From the NCBI GenBank assembly GCA_963693055.1, contig OY843751.1, positions 2,656,001-2,720,000 on the forward strand: a stretch of DNA of 64,000 nt, read 5' to 3'. Within the stretch, counting starts at the first letter, position 1. Every line of letters starts with the position of its first letter. This document shows, one piece after another, positions 19,084 through 28,903 of this stretch. Made by a program: the position numbers and the translations under genes. This stretch comes from a bacterium. GTDB taxonomy: Bacteria > Zhuqueibacterota > Zhuqueibacteria > Residuimicrobiales > Krinioviventaceae. Below the pieces are notes generated by a model. The model searched no databases and was not told the origin of the DNA. It worked only from the letters and a program-made list of their open reading frames with translations.

Positions 19084-21390
19084 TTATTTTCGAAGTCGCT
19101 TTGCTGCTTCTACCATATTGGCAAGGGCAGGCATAACTTCTTCCCATCTTCGGGTTTTTAATCCACAGTCTGGATTCACCCAAATATGTTCTTTGGGAAT
19201 ATAGTTTTGTGCTTTAACAAGTAGTTCTTCCATTTCATCAATATTTGGAATTCTTGGTGAATGGATATCATAAACACCTGGACCAATCTCATTGGGATAT
19301 TTAAAATCAACAAAGGCATCCAACAGATCCATTTTTGAGCGTGAGGATTCGATCGAGATAACATCTGCATCCAGAGCTGCAATGGATTCAATCATATCGT
19401 TAAATTCACTGTAACACATATGCGTATGAATTTGTGTTTCATCTTGAACGCCTGATGCAGAGAGTTTAAAATTATCTACTGCCCATTCAAGATATTCCGG
19501 CCAGTCAGATTGCCGCAAAGGCAAGCCTTCTCGTATCGCAGGTTCATCGATTTGTATGACCTTGATTCCTGCTTTTTCCAGGTCTACAACTTCATCTCTC
19601 AATGCTAGAGCGATTTGTTTTGTTGTTTCACTTCGGGGTTGATCATCTCGAACAAAACTCCATTGAAGAATTGTAACCGGACCTGTCAACATGCCTTTAA
19701 CCGGTTTATCGGTTAATGATTGAGAATATTGTGTCCATTCTACAGTCATTGGTGCAGGTCTGGAGACATCACCAAAGATAATTGGGGGTTTTACATAGCG
19801 ACTACCAAAACTTTGTACCCATCCGAATCGTGAAAATACAAAACCATCCAGTTGTTCACCAAAATATTCAACCATATCATTACGTTCAAATTCGCCATGG
19901 ACCAATACATCTATATCCAGATCTTCCTGTTTTTTGATTGTGTCTTGAATTTGGGTTTTAATAAATTCATCATATTCTTTTTGGGTAATTTCATTTTTTC
20001 GCAAAAGTGCCCGCATTTTTCTGATTTCAGGTGTCTGCGGAAATGAACCAATTGTTGTAGTAGGAAATGCAGGTAAATTCAAACTGGATTGTTGTATCTG
20101 ACGGCGTTTTTCAAATTCAGATGAACGTTCAAGATCCTCTTTCGATATTTTTGCGGAACGTTCTTTTACTGCCTTGTTGTGAATACGTGTACTACTGTTT
20201 CTTGAATCATTAGCAGCCTTGTTTGAATCCAGCTTTTCCTGAACATTTTCTCCGGAAATTGCTTTTGCTAGTGTAACAATTTCATCCAATTTTTCAGTAG
20301 CAAAAGACATCCAGTTTAACAACTCTGCGTCAAGCTTACTTTCATTCGCAATAGTTACCGGGGAATGAATCATTGAACAGGAGGGAGCAATCATCAAGCT
20401 TTCAACTCCCAAAGTCGATTTTGCTTTTTCTAATACTGATAATGAATCATTATAATTATTTTTCCAAATATTTCTTCCATTTACAATACCAATGGATAAA
20501 ATTTTGTTTTCAGGAAATGATTCAATTACAGTATCTATTTCTTTTCTGCCTCTAACAGAATCTACATGCAGAGCAGAAACTGGTAATGATAAAAATACAG
20601 CCAGATTTTCTCGTATTTCACCAAAGTAGTTTGCTACCATCAGCTTTAATTTATTGACAGAACCAGCAAGAACTTTATAAGTTTTGGTTAATGCTTCAAG
20701 TTCTTCTTTAGTGAGATCCAGTGAAAAAATGGGTTCATCAATTTGTACCCATTCAGCGCCCATTTCTTCAAGTTTTTGTAAAATTTGAATATATACAGGC
20801 AGCATTTTGTCTAAAAGCGTATATCTGTCAAAGCTTGAGGCATCATCACCAAATACCTTACCCATTTTTAAATAAGTAACGGGTCCCACAAGTACGGGTT
20901 TTGTTTTAATTCCTTCGGATAGTGCTTCCTGAAATTCATCAAATATTTTTGTAGAAGCTAGTTTAAAATCCATATTTGATGTTAATTCTGGAACAATATA
21001 ATGGTAGTTGGTATCAAACCATTTTGTCATTTCGCTGGCATATGTTGCTTTATCATTGCTTGTACCAATTTTTGACAATCCTCTTGCAATGGTAAACATG
21101 AGATCAAGATCAGTGGTGTTCTGGTTCCTATTAAAGCGGGAAGGAATTGCACCCAATGTACAAGTCATATCCAATACCTGATCATAAAAACTAAAATCAT
21201 TCGATGGGATCAGTTCAATACCAGCTTTTTTTTGTGTGTTCCAGTTTAATTTTCTTAATGCGGAAGCGGTTTCTAATAATTCATTTGAATCAATTTTATT
21301 AGACCAATATGCTTCAGTGGCTTTTTTGAGTTCGCGTTTTGCACCAATTCGTGGGAAGCCAAGATTATTGGTCAATACAGAATTAGACAT
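19084..21390 (-). CDS. metE: Cobalamin-independent methionine synthase
   Basis: LGFPRIG..RELK, MTKWFDTNYHY, HTHMCYSEF, WVNPDCGLKTR. Confidence 0.98.
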   Translation of the reverse strand: MSNSVLTNNLGFPRIGAKRELKKATEAYWSNKIDSNELLETASALRKLNWNTQKKAGIELIPSNDFSFYDQVLDMTCTLGAIPSRFNRNQNTTDLDLMFTIARGLSKIGTSNDKATYASEMTKWFDTNYHYIVPELTSNMDFKLASTKIFDEFQEALSEGIKTKPVLVGPVTYLKMGKVFGDDASSFDRYTLLDKMLPVYIQILQKLEEMGAEWVQIDEPIFSLDLTKEELEALTKTYKVLAGSVNKLKLMVANYFGEIRENLAVFLSLPVSALHVDSVRGRKEIDTVIESFPENKILSIGIVNGRNIWKNNYNDSLSVLEKAKSTLGVESLMIAPSCSMIHSPVTIANESKLDAELLNWMSFATEKLDEIVTLAKAISGENVQEKLDSNKAANDSRNSSTRIHNKAVKERSAKISKEDLERSSEFEKRRQIQQSSLNLPAFPTTTIGSFPQTPEIRKMRALLRKNEITQKEYDEFIKTQIQDTIKKQEDLDIDVLVHGEFERNDMVEYFGEQLDGFVFSRFGWVQSFGSRYVKPPIIFGDVSRPAPMTVEWTQYSQSLTDKPVKGMLTGPVTILQWSFVRDDQPRSETTKQIALALRDEVVDLEKAGIKVIQIDEPAIREGLPLRQSDWPEYLEWAVDNFKLSASGVQDETQIHTHMCYSEFNDMIESIAALDADVISIESSRSKMDLLDAFVDFKYPNEIGPGVYDIHSPRIPNIDEMEELLVKAQNYIPKEHIWVNPDCGLKTRRWEEVMPALANMVEAAKRLRK

Positions 21391-21472
21391 GTTGGCCCTT
21401 TCATATTTGAGCTTTGAAGTTAATTTGTTTACACAAATAACTAAAAAACAGTAGTGAATATTTCACAATATT

Positions 21473-22042
21473 TTATTTTTTCTTTAAAACTGCACGCCAC
21501 CCGGTTCGGGGGACACTGGTAGGATTGTACATTTTACTAATGGATCCGGCATGTTCTATTACGTAAAATGCATAGGGTGAATGTTTTTCAATTATAGGTA
21601 TGATTCTTTTTAAATTCTTTCGTTCACAAGCAATAAATAATATGAGTACATCACCTTTTGCACCTTCTCCATTTACAGTGGTTACAGGAAAACCTTCCTG
21701 ACGGATTTCTGATGCAATAAGATCACCATGCTGTGAAGTTATAATACGCATTACAATTTGTCCAAGAGCAAGCCTTCTTTCTATCAATATACCTACTACA
21801 TTACCGGTAGAAAAACCAAAAGCATAAAACAATGCAATGATTGGATAGTGTATCACTTTATCCAATACTGTAGAAAGAACCAGTAACCACATACTGATTT
21901 CAAAAAAACCTAATATAAAAGCTACCTTGGTCTTGCCCCTGATTATTGATATGGTTCTTAAGGTACCAATACTAACATCTATGATTCGAGCACAAAATAC
22001 TAAAATACCTGTTAGTAATATGCTCAAGTTTATAAATTCCAT
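21473..22042 (-). CDS. UPF0316 (DUF5698/DUF2179) membrane protein
   Basis: ARIIDVSIGTLR, GFFE, YAFGFSTGN..G, G.GAKG. Confidence 0.85.
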   Translation of the reverse strand: MEFINLSILLTGILVFCARIIDVSIGTLRTISIIRGKTKVAFILGFFEISMWLLVLSTVLDKVIHYPIIALFYAFGFSTGNVVGILIERRLALGQIVMRIITSQHGDLIASEIRQEGFPVTTVNGEGAKGDVLILFIACERKNLKRIIPIIEKHSPYAFYVIEHAGSISKMYNPTSVPRTGWRAVLKKK

Positions 22043-22054
22043 AAAATATAATCT

Positions 22055-22735
22055 TTAATTCAAAAATTCAAAAATACTGTTAACAAATTGAAGGTTACTG
22101 TCAATAATTTTTTCTCTGTTTTTATCAGGTGCTTGGTTGTTTAACTCCATTGCATCATACAGGCTTTCGCGAGCAGATTTTAATAAATCTATTTCAGAGT
22201 TAATTTTATCTCTCGTTTCCTGAACGTACAATACTTTTTCATCACCATAAGGCATGATTTCAAGATCTTTCATTCTGCTAGCGTATTCTGTTCTCTTTTT
22301 GAATTCGTTGATAGAATAAAAGCCAATATTATTGTATTGCCAGGATGCAATATCTGGTCTGTTTAATTTCTGAGCAACGCTTGCAGCCTTGTTTAATGAT
22401 TTTAATAAACTATCAAAATCACCATTTTCTTTATATTGGGTGATTTCATCACGTGCCTGATTGTATGCAGACCAAAGATCAGCTTCTGATATAACCTGAG
22501 AGTATTCTACAGGTTTAATCTTGGGCAGTTTTTCAACAACCTGCTTTGATGATGTTTCTGCCGTATCTGTTATACTGGTTTTATCATCATGTTTTACAGC
22601 ATTTGAATTATCAGAATTTTCATTGCTACTATGATATGTTTCTGGTTCTATTTCCTGAAATTCGCTTTTGTTTTCATTGTTTTTTTGACAACTCAGAAAA
22701 ATAAAAACAATTAAAACCACCCCAATTTTTCTCAT
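22055..22735 (-). CDS. Hypothetical lipoprotein
   Basis: Signal peptide with FLSC lipobox; helical, possibly TPR-like body (WQYNNIG). Confidence 0.65.
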   Translation of the reverse strand: MRKIGVVLIVFIFLSCQKNNENKSEFQEIEPETYHSSNENSDNSNAVKHDDKTSITDTAETSSKQVVEKLPKIKPVEYSQVISEADLWSAYNQARDEITQYKENGDFDSLLKSLNKAASVAQKLNRPDIASWQYNNIGFYSINEFKKRTEYASRMKDLEIMPYGDEKVLYVQETRDKINSEIDLLKSARESLYDAMELNNQAPDKNREKIIDSNLQFVNSIFEFLN

Positions 22736-22819
22736 GAAAGCCTCTAATTTCTACGATATATGAATTTGTGTAATATTATAGACATATTAATAGAGGCAAG
22801 CTAATTTTTCTGAAAAAAA

Positions 22820-23245
22820 TTACTGATTAGCTTCAGAAATAGCTTTAGCCTTTATTAATGCATCATTATAGTTTTCAACAATGTGGATTTTAATTCCCTG
22901 TTTTTCTGCCGTATCCATATAGTCTTTCATAGCTTCTTTTGTTATTGCACTTGTAGGGGGAATAACAATTAAATCTTTGGCCCCATAGTGTACGGCACGT
23001 GTAAAGTAAAATGTATCAATCCATTCAAGATCATCTGTTCTAATGGTATTTTTTGCTTCGCTTGTATCCATAATAACACAAGGAGGTTTAAATTGCTGTA
23101 AAGTTTTAGCCATTGCCCTGTAACAAGGTTCAAGATCTTCAAAGGCGATCATTGTATACCATTTTGCAATTAAGCAGTTAATTTCTTCATTATATTCAGC
23201 TTTAACAATATTTTCTTTAATAGAATTATATACAACTTGACTCAT
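22820..23245 (-). CDS. Hypothetical protein, STAS/SEC14-like
   Basis: Pattern W...IMD.S.....D.EW....F.RA...G; AAGG RBS. Confidence 0.55.
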   Translation of the reverse strand: MSQVVYNSIKENIVKAEYNEEINCLIAKWYTMIAFEDLEPCYRAMAKTLQQFKPPCVIMDTSEAKNTIRTDDLEWIDTFYFTRAVHYGAKDLIVIPPTSAITKEAMKDYMDTAEKQGIKIHIVENYNDALIKAKAISEANQ

Positions 23246-23319
23246 TTTCTTACCTTTTCTTAATTAAATACTATATTACAAATTTTCTTTTTCTTTATCA
23301 AGTAAAAATATGTAAACAA

Positions 23320-23880
23320 TTATAACCCAATTTCTTTGGATACTTTTTGCATAGCTAATATAACATCCTCAATGAGTAAATTAATTTCAATTTCCATCAT
23401 TGCAGCTCCTTTTTCTATAATTTCACGATTTGCACCAGCAGCAAATGATTTTTGATTCCATTTCTTTTTAACGGATTTTAAAGTAACATCCATAATACTT
23501 TTGGAAGGGCGAACCAGGGCGACCGCTGCTATTAATCCGGTCAATTCATCTACAGTATAAAGAGTCTTTTCCAAATCTGTTTCAGGTTTAACATCTGTAC
23601 AAATCTCCCAACCATGAGACAATACTGCTCTGATATACTCTGGGGGCCAGTTATGTTCCTCAAGCATTTCCTTGGATTTTTGACAATGAAGAGCAGGATA
23701 TTTTTCATAATCCAGATCATGTATCAGTCCTATAATACCCCATTTTTCTTCATCTTGATTGTATTTCTTTGCAAAGTGTCTCATTGTTGCTTCAACTGCA
23801 AGTGCATGATTGATTAAGGCTGTATTACTATTGTGTTCTTTTAGTAGATTCAATGCATCTGAACGGTCAGGTACCATCAT
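23320..23880 (-). CDS. HD/HDIG-domain hydrolase
   Basis: HALAVEA.MR, GLIHDLDYE, H, SH, DELTG, KSVKKK...FAAG. Confidence 0.9.
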   Translation of the reverse strand: MMVPDRSDALNLLKEHNSNTALINHALAVEATMRHFAKKYNQDEEKWGIIGLIHDLDYEKYPALHCQKSKEMLEEHNWPPEYIRAVLSHGWEICTDVKPETDLEKTLYTVDELTGLIAAVALVRPSKSIMDVTLKSVKKKWNQKSFAAGANREIIEKGAAMMEIEINLLIEDVILAMQKVSKEIGL

Positions 23881-23991
23881 ATACTCCGAGTCTTTTTATA
23901 TAGATGAACAGTAAGTAAACAAGATTCAAAAATAATGAAACATTGACAGGATTCGTAAAAAAAAGTTTAGCTATTAAAATTCAAGAAAAGA

Positions 23992-24492
23992 TCAGAGATT
24001 CTTGTGATTTTTAGGAAAGTCAAAAAGCTTAAATTTTCCACTTGATTCGGTAATATCCTGCCAGAACAATGATTCAAATGTAACATAAAATATGCCACAA
24101 GTTGGGATATTATCAACATGATGATTTGTTAAAAAATATGCTAGTGAAGTTATATCAGGATTATGTCCAACAAGATAAACCGTATTATATTTTTCATCCA
24201 GGGATTTAATTTTTTCAAACATTGCATGGATACCATTCAAATACAATTCTTTGTAAAGCGAGATGTTTTTCTTGGGATAATCAGTTTGTTTGGCAATTTT
24301 TTTGGCTGTCTTGTGGGCTCTTACGGCAGGGCTGGAAATTATGAGATCGGGTAGAACGCCCATCTCCTTTAAACGTTTTCCCATAAGCGGAGCATCATGC
24401 TTTCCGCGTTGGTTTAAAGGACGTTGTAAATCAGTCAAGTTGGGATGGTCCCAACTTGACTTGGCGTGTCTTATTAATACTAGATGTTTCAT
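23992..24492 (-). CDS. sixA: SixA-like histidine phosphatase
   Basis: LIRHAKSSW, RPLNQRG, SSPAVRA, VGHNP. Confidence 0.88.
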   Translation of the reverse strand: MKHLVLIRHAKSSWDHPNLTDLQRPLNQRGKHDAPLMGKRLKEMGVLPDLIISSPAVRAHKTAKKIAKQTDYPKKNISLYKELYLNGIHAMFEKIKSLDEKYNTVYLVGHNPDITSLAYFLTNHHVDNIPTCGIFYVTFESLFWQDITESSGKFKLFDFPKNHKNL

Positions 24493-24538
24493 GAGCGTTC
24501 ATTACCCGATATGATATCAAGTATTCAAAATTGTTTTA

Positions 24539-25093
24539 TCATTTAGGTACTGGATGAGCTATAGTTTGCATAGCTGCTGCAAAATCCATTTCTTTATATG
24601 TAGGACTTTCAGAATTGTGACATTTTTTACAAGTTTCTGCAGTTGGTTCTACAGCTCCTACTGCTGCAAAATCTTGTGTGCCATCATACATGGCTTTCAT
24701 AACTTTTAATGATTTATAAAGCGAACCCGGTCCATGACAAGCTTCACAACTAATACCTTCTTCTATTGTCAAGGAGGCTTCTTTAACAGATGCAGGTTCT
24801 TCATAAGCAGTTACATGACACTTTAAACACTTTGGTGATTCCTGAGGATTTCCTTCAACTCCCACTTTTTTAGCTGCTGCTTTTGCTTCTTCTGTAGCAA
24901 GCACTTCATATGCTTTTGAATGCGGACCTTCCATCCAAACTTTTTGTTGGTTACCGCGTTTAGCACTTTTGTGGCATATGTTACATTTTTTTTCACCAAT
25001 GTATTTTGCCTGGTCTTTTTGTGCTGATACATGAGTTGTCAATAGTGTGAGGGCAAACACAGCACCTAAAACAACAATTATCGCCTTTTTCAT
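24539..25093 (-). CDS. Periplasmic tetrahaem cytochrome c (c554-like)
   Basis: Signal peptide; CNICH, CLKCH, CEACHGPGS, CKKCH; YIG..C, W...H..AY. Confidence 0.9.
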   Translation of the reverse strand: MKKAIIVVLGAVFALTLLTTHVSAQKDQAKYIGEKKCNICHKSAKRGNQQKVWMEGPHSKAYEVLATEEAKAAAKKVGVEGNPQESPKCLKCHVTAYEEPASVKEASLTIEEGISCEACHGPGSLYKSLKVMKAMYDGTQDFAAVGAVEPTAETCKKCHNSESPTYKEMDFAAAMQTIAHPVPK

Positions 25094-25164
25094 AATAATT
25101 TTCCTTTCCTATTGTTAACCAACTGATAAATGTTAAGGAATAATAATGCAATAATCAAATAGTT

Positions 25165-25295
25165 TTGTAGAATTTTTCACAGGTTGCTTGAAAAAAGTAC
25201 ATAATCTGCTTGATTTTATATGGATCTATGATTATCATTCTTTAGATACGCTGCTTTTTTATATAGATCTTTAAAAGTTGTGAAATGTTTATCAA
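25165..25295. promoter_or_regulatory. Two candidate Rex- or CRP/FNR-type boxes in divergent cytochrome promoter
   Basis: TTGTAGAATTTTTCACAG (25165-25182) and TTGTGAAATGTTTATCAA (25278-25295) versus TTGTGAA-N4-TTCACAA. Confidence 0.45.
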
Positions 25296-25457
25296 TATAT
25301 TGAATGTAATTAAAGTTGTTGAGACCACATTCATTTTTGGAGAAAACCATTGTTATATTTCGATTACAACATTCATTGGACATAATCAGCAATAAATGTG
25401 TTTCAATTTACAACGTACATTTGAATTGAATTAATCATTATAAATGAGGCTGTTGAA

Positions 25458-27263
25458 TTGTATAAGAAAATAATATTTATTCTGGTCGGCATTTCACTGG
25501 TCTTTATCGGTTGCTCAAACGATAAGGTACCTACGCCATCAACATCGCATCCTGAATCATGGACAAATGTTGGTAATGCAGATTTTCACGGAACCAAAGT
25601 TTTAACTTCAGGTCTTGTTTCTTGTAAATCATGCCATGGAAATGATTTTATGGGTGGTGATTCTAAAGTTTCATGTTACAGTTGTCATGAATCTTATCCG
25701 CATACCGATGTTTGGAATGTATTGGGATCAGATAATAATCATGGTGCCTTTGTAATTGACAACAATTGGGAACTTAATGCCTGTAGCAGATGTCATGGTA
25801 TGGATTATGAAGGTGGGAAAAGTGATATTTCTTGTTATTCCTGTCATGATTCTTATCCTCATTTTCCAACATGGACACTGTCTGAATCTGAACTGTTTCA
25901 TGGCAAGTATTTAAAAGCTCACGATTATACTGTTGGTAATTGTCAGAGTTGTCATGGACAGGATTATACTGGCGGTTCCAGCGAAACCTCTTGTTATCAA
26001 TGTCATGCCAATTATCCACATATGGATACCTGGATGGGTACAACCAATGCAAGCCATGGTTCTTTCATTCTTGCAGATGAAAACAATATTCAATCTTGTG
26101 AAACCTGCCATGGATCTGATTATGGCGGTGGTACCAGTGATGTTTCCTGTTATACCTGTCACCAAACATATCCTCACTTTGCATCCTGGAATGAACCCGA
26201 ATCTGATCAGTTTCATGGAAAATATGTAGAATCTGCAAATTGGAATGTTGAATCTTGTGAGTCCTGCCATGGTTATGATTATACCGGCGGAACTTCCAAT
26301 GTTTCCTGTTATACTTGTCATCAATCATTTCCACATAATGATAGCTGGCTAACAGAAACAGAAGATGGTCATGGTGCATTTATGAAAAATGCAAATTGGG
26401 CTGTAGAAAATTGTACAACATGTCATGGTGAAGATTTAGCAGGTGGTAGTAGTGAGGTATCCTGTTATACCTGTCATGAAACGTATCCGCATGATTCCGA
26501 GTGGATGAATATGGCTTCCAATGAATCTCATGGAAGTTTTGTAAAAGCCCAGGAATGGGATACACAATCCTGTCAAGCATGTCATGGCGAGGATCTGGCT
26601 GGTGGAACAAGTGACGTTTCCTGCTATACCTGTCATGAATCATACCCGCATGATGATACATGGTTAACTGCAACAGAAGAAGGGCATGGCGCATTTGTGA
26701 AAGCACTGGATTGGAACCTGGAAAGTTGTACAGCTTGCCATGGTGAAGATTATAAAGGAGGCAGCAGCGAGGTTTCCTGTTATACCTGTCACGAGTCTTA
26801 TCCACATCCTGAAAATCATGAATGGGTAGGCGGAACGGATGTGTCTCATGGTAAATATATTAAAACTCAATATTGGGATTTGTCTTCATGTCAGTTGTGT
26901 CACGGAGAGGACTATGCTGGTGGTTCAACAAACACCAGTTGTACAACTTGTCACTCGGGTGAACAAGGCCCGGAATCCTGTAATGTTTGCCATGGAAGTG
27001 GTTTTAATGCCGCACCTCCACAGGATTTAGCAGATCATTCTGAAACTACCTATTTGGGTGTTGGTGCACATCAGACACATATGGCAGTTTCTCCGTATTG
27101 TGAATTATGTCACCATCAACCTGAATCATTTGATGACCCGTTACACCTTGACGGGAATCTTCCCGCAGAAGTTAATGAAAATCTGCAATGGGATCGTGAA
27201 ACCGCAACCTGTGGTAATGTGTATTGTCACTCGGATGAAAATAGAGATTATACCTGGAATTGA
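25458..27263 (+). CDS. Multihaem c-type cytochrome lipoprotein (20 CxxCH + 1 CxxxxCH)
   Basis: FIGC lipobox; nine dihaem repeats plus C-terminal domain with GAH..H and CGNVYCH. Confidence 0.93.
   Translation: MYKKIIFILVGISLVFIGCSNDKVPTPSTSHPESWTNVGNADFHGTKVLTSGLVSCKSCHGNDFMGGDSKVSCYSCHESYPHTDVWNVLGSDNNHGAFVIDNNWELNACSRCHGMDYEGGKSDISCYSCHDSYPHFPTWTLSESELFHGKYLKAHDYTVGNCQSCHGQDYTGGSSETSCYQCHANYPHMDTWMGTTNASHGSFILADENNIQSCETCHGSDYGGGTSDVSCYTCHQTYPHFASWNEPESDQFHGKYVESANWNVESCESCHGYDYTGGTSNVSCYTCHQSFPHNDSWLTETEDGHGAFMKNANWAVENCTTCHGEDLAGGSSEVSCYTCHETYPHDSEWMNMASNESHGSFVKAQEWDTQSCQACHGEDLAGGTSDVSCYTCHESYPHDDTWLTATEEGHGAFVKALDWNLESCTACHGEDYKGGSSEVSCYTCHESYPHPENHEWVGGTDVSHGKYIKTQYWDLSSCQLCHGEDYAGGSTNTSCTTCHSGEQGPESCNVCHGSGFNAAPPQDLADHSETTYLGVGAHQTHMAVSPYCELCHHQPESFDDPLHLDGNLPAEVNENLQWDRETATCGNVYCHSDENRDYTWN
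25548..26954 (+). repeat. Intragenic tandem repeat, nine units mostly of 156-159 bp
   Basis: Anchor GTTTCCTGTTATACCTGTCA-like at 25668, 25827, 25986, 26142, 26301, 26457, 26616, 26772; outer boundaries approximate. Confidence 0.88.
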
Positions 27264-27285
27264 TTTTGAATAGGGGGAAATGCCT

Positions 27286-27710
27286 TTAAAGGCGTTTCCC
27301 CATTCCTATGACATTGTCGTCTTAATAACCCAAATGCTCATAAAAGGCAATTACATTTTTATTTGTTTTTCTAACCTGTAAATTAATTTTAGGACACCCC
27401 ATAGATTTAAGCAATTATTCTGCTGCTTGCATTAAGGCCTTACCGATACCTTGTTTCGGATGTGTAAGGGATACGGCAAGATAGTTGACCCAACCACGAT
27501 GACCTTCATAGCAAACCATTACTGAACCAGCCAAAACATCATTTATTACTGCTACTAGTATTCCTTGTGGATGATAAGCAATTTTCATATCTATGTCTTT
27601 ATCCGGATCATTCCAGGGAACGATCAATTCGCATTCCTTCCACAATTCAATAAGAGCATTTCTGTCATTTTCCTCATAGATTCTGATTTTAAATGGTTAT
27701 TATTCTTCAC
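27286..27710 (-). pseudogene. YpeA-like GNAT acetyltransferase pseudogene
   Basis: PWNDP, GHRGWVNYLAV; continues past TAA as LLKSMGCPKINLQVR...FYEHLGY*DDNVIGMGKRL; apparent 1-bp frameshift just after GTG start. Confidence 0.85.
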
Positions 27711-27722
27711 AATTGCTCCCTT

Positions 27723-27759
27723 AAAAAAAGCCGCATAATAATAAACTATTATACGGCTT
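27723..27759 (-). terminator. Intrinsic terminator of tal
   Basis: Minus strand AAGCCGTATAATA-N6-TATTATGCGGCTT then T-run. Confidence 0.75.
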
Positions 27760-27781
27760 GAAAATCAATATTAAATTAAAT

Positions 27782-28747
27782 TTAACAGTTGACTAGTTTA
27801 TTTTTAATATAATTTTCAAGTTGAAGTGTATCTTTGGTGAAATTGCGAATACCTTCTGCAAGCTTTTCTGTTCCCATAGCATCTTCATTGTGCATCCATC
27901 GAAATGATTTTTCATCAATTTCAATTAAGGATTCTCCGTTTTTACTTGCTGCTTCTTTGTTGAGTTTATGCTGTACTAGTTCGGTTTTATTTTTCAATTC
28001 TTCAAGCAGGTTTGGTGAAATAGTCAACAGATCACTCCCCACAAGTTCTGTAATCTCGTCAGTGTTTCTAAAACTAGCTCCCATAACCTGAGTTTTGAAT
28101 CCATTCTTTTTGTAATAATTATAAATACGCGTTACAGATTCAACTCCAGGATCTTTGTGCGGTTCAAAATGTTCTATACCCGTGGATTTTTTATACCAGT
28201 CCAGAATTCTCCCTACGAAAGGAGAAATCAGAGTGACTTTGGCTTGTGCGCAAGCTACTGCCTGAGCAAAACTGAATAATAACGTCATATTACATTTAAT
28301 ATCTTCCTTTTCAAGTATTTTGGCGGCTTCTATACCTTCCCAGGTAGATGCAATTTTTACCAAGATACGATCGCGATCGATACCCACATCTTTGTACATT
28401 TCAATAATTTCATGGGCCTTTTCTATGGTTGCTGCTGTATCAAATGATAATCGGGAATCCACTTCAGTTGATATTCTTCCGGGAATGATATCAAGTATTT
28501 CTTTGCCAAAATTTACTGCCAGTTTGTCCAGAGTGAGCTCAAGTTTATCTGATTCGGATTGAGCATTGTTGTTCCCAAAACATATGGCATCATTTACAAG
28601 ATGTTGATACTCTTCGCGTTGTGCTGCTTTGTATAGCAGAGAAGGGTTAGTTGTGGCATCTGTAGGCTGGTATTTTTGAATCTCCTGAATTTCCCCTGTA
28701 TCTGCAACGACTATTGTATACTGCTTTAGCTGTTCCAATTGATTCAT
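27782..28747 (-). CDS. tal: Transaldolase (TalB type)
   Basis: [40 protein letters not shown]. Confidence 0.98.
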   Translation of the reverse strand: MNQLEQLKQYTIVVADTGEIQEIQKYQPTDATTNPSLLYKAAQREEYQHLVNDAICFGNNNAQSESDKLELTLDKLAVNFGKEILDIIPGRISTEVDSRLSFDTAATIEKAHEIIEMYKDVGIDRDRILVKIASTWEGIEAAKILEKEDIKCNMTLLFSFAQAVACAQAKVTLISPFVGRILDWYKKSTGIEHFEPHKDPGVESVTRIYNYYKKNGFKTQVMGASFRNTDEITELVGSDLLTISPNLLEELKNKTELVQHKLNKEAASKNGESLIEIDEKSFRWMHNEDAMGTEKLAEGIRNFTKDTLQLENYIKNKLVNC

Positions 28748-28875
28748 ATGTCACCTCATTATTTATCTTTCACAATAAATAACATGCCAGTCAGGTCTAA
28801 TATTTCATTGCATTGTTAAAAGTAGAGTTAAATGGGTTGTTTGGGAATAATTAATATTACAAAAGAATGGATTCT

Positions 28876-28903
28876 AAATGTGGCTGATTTCCAGCCACAT
28901 TTT
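28876..28903. terminator. Hairpin/terminator after HDOD regulator
   Basis: AAATGTGGCTG-ATTTC-CAGCCACATTT. Confidence 0.65.

Noticed and set aside
21391-21472. Riboswitch upstream of metE
   Set aside because: Only 82 AT-rich bp with no SAM or cobalamin consensus; short palindromes (21423-21438, 21454-21466) are too weak to call.
25668-26800. Regularly spaced ~20-bp repeats resembling a CRISPR array
   Set aside because: Period is 156-159 bp, in frame, encodes SCYxCH motifs with synonymous variation; no cas genes.
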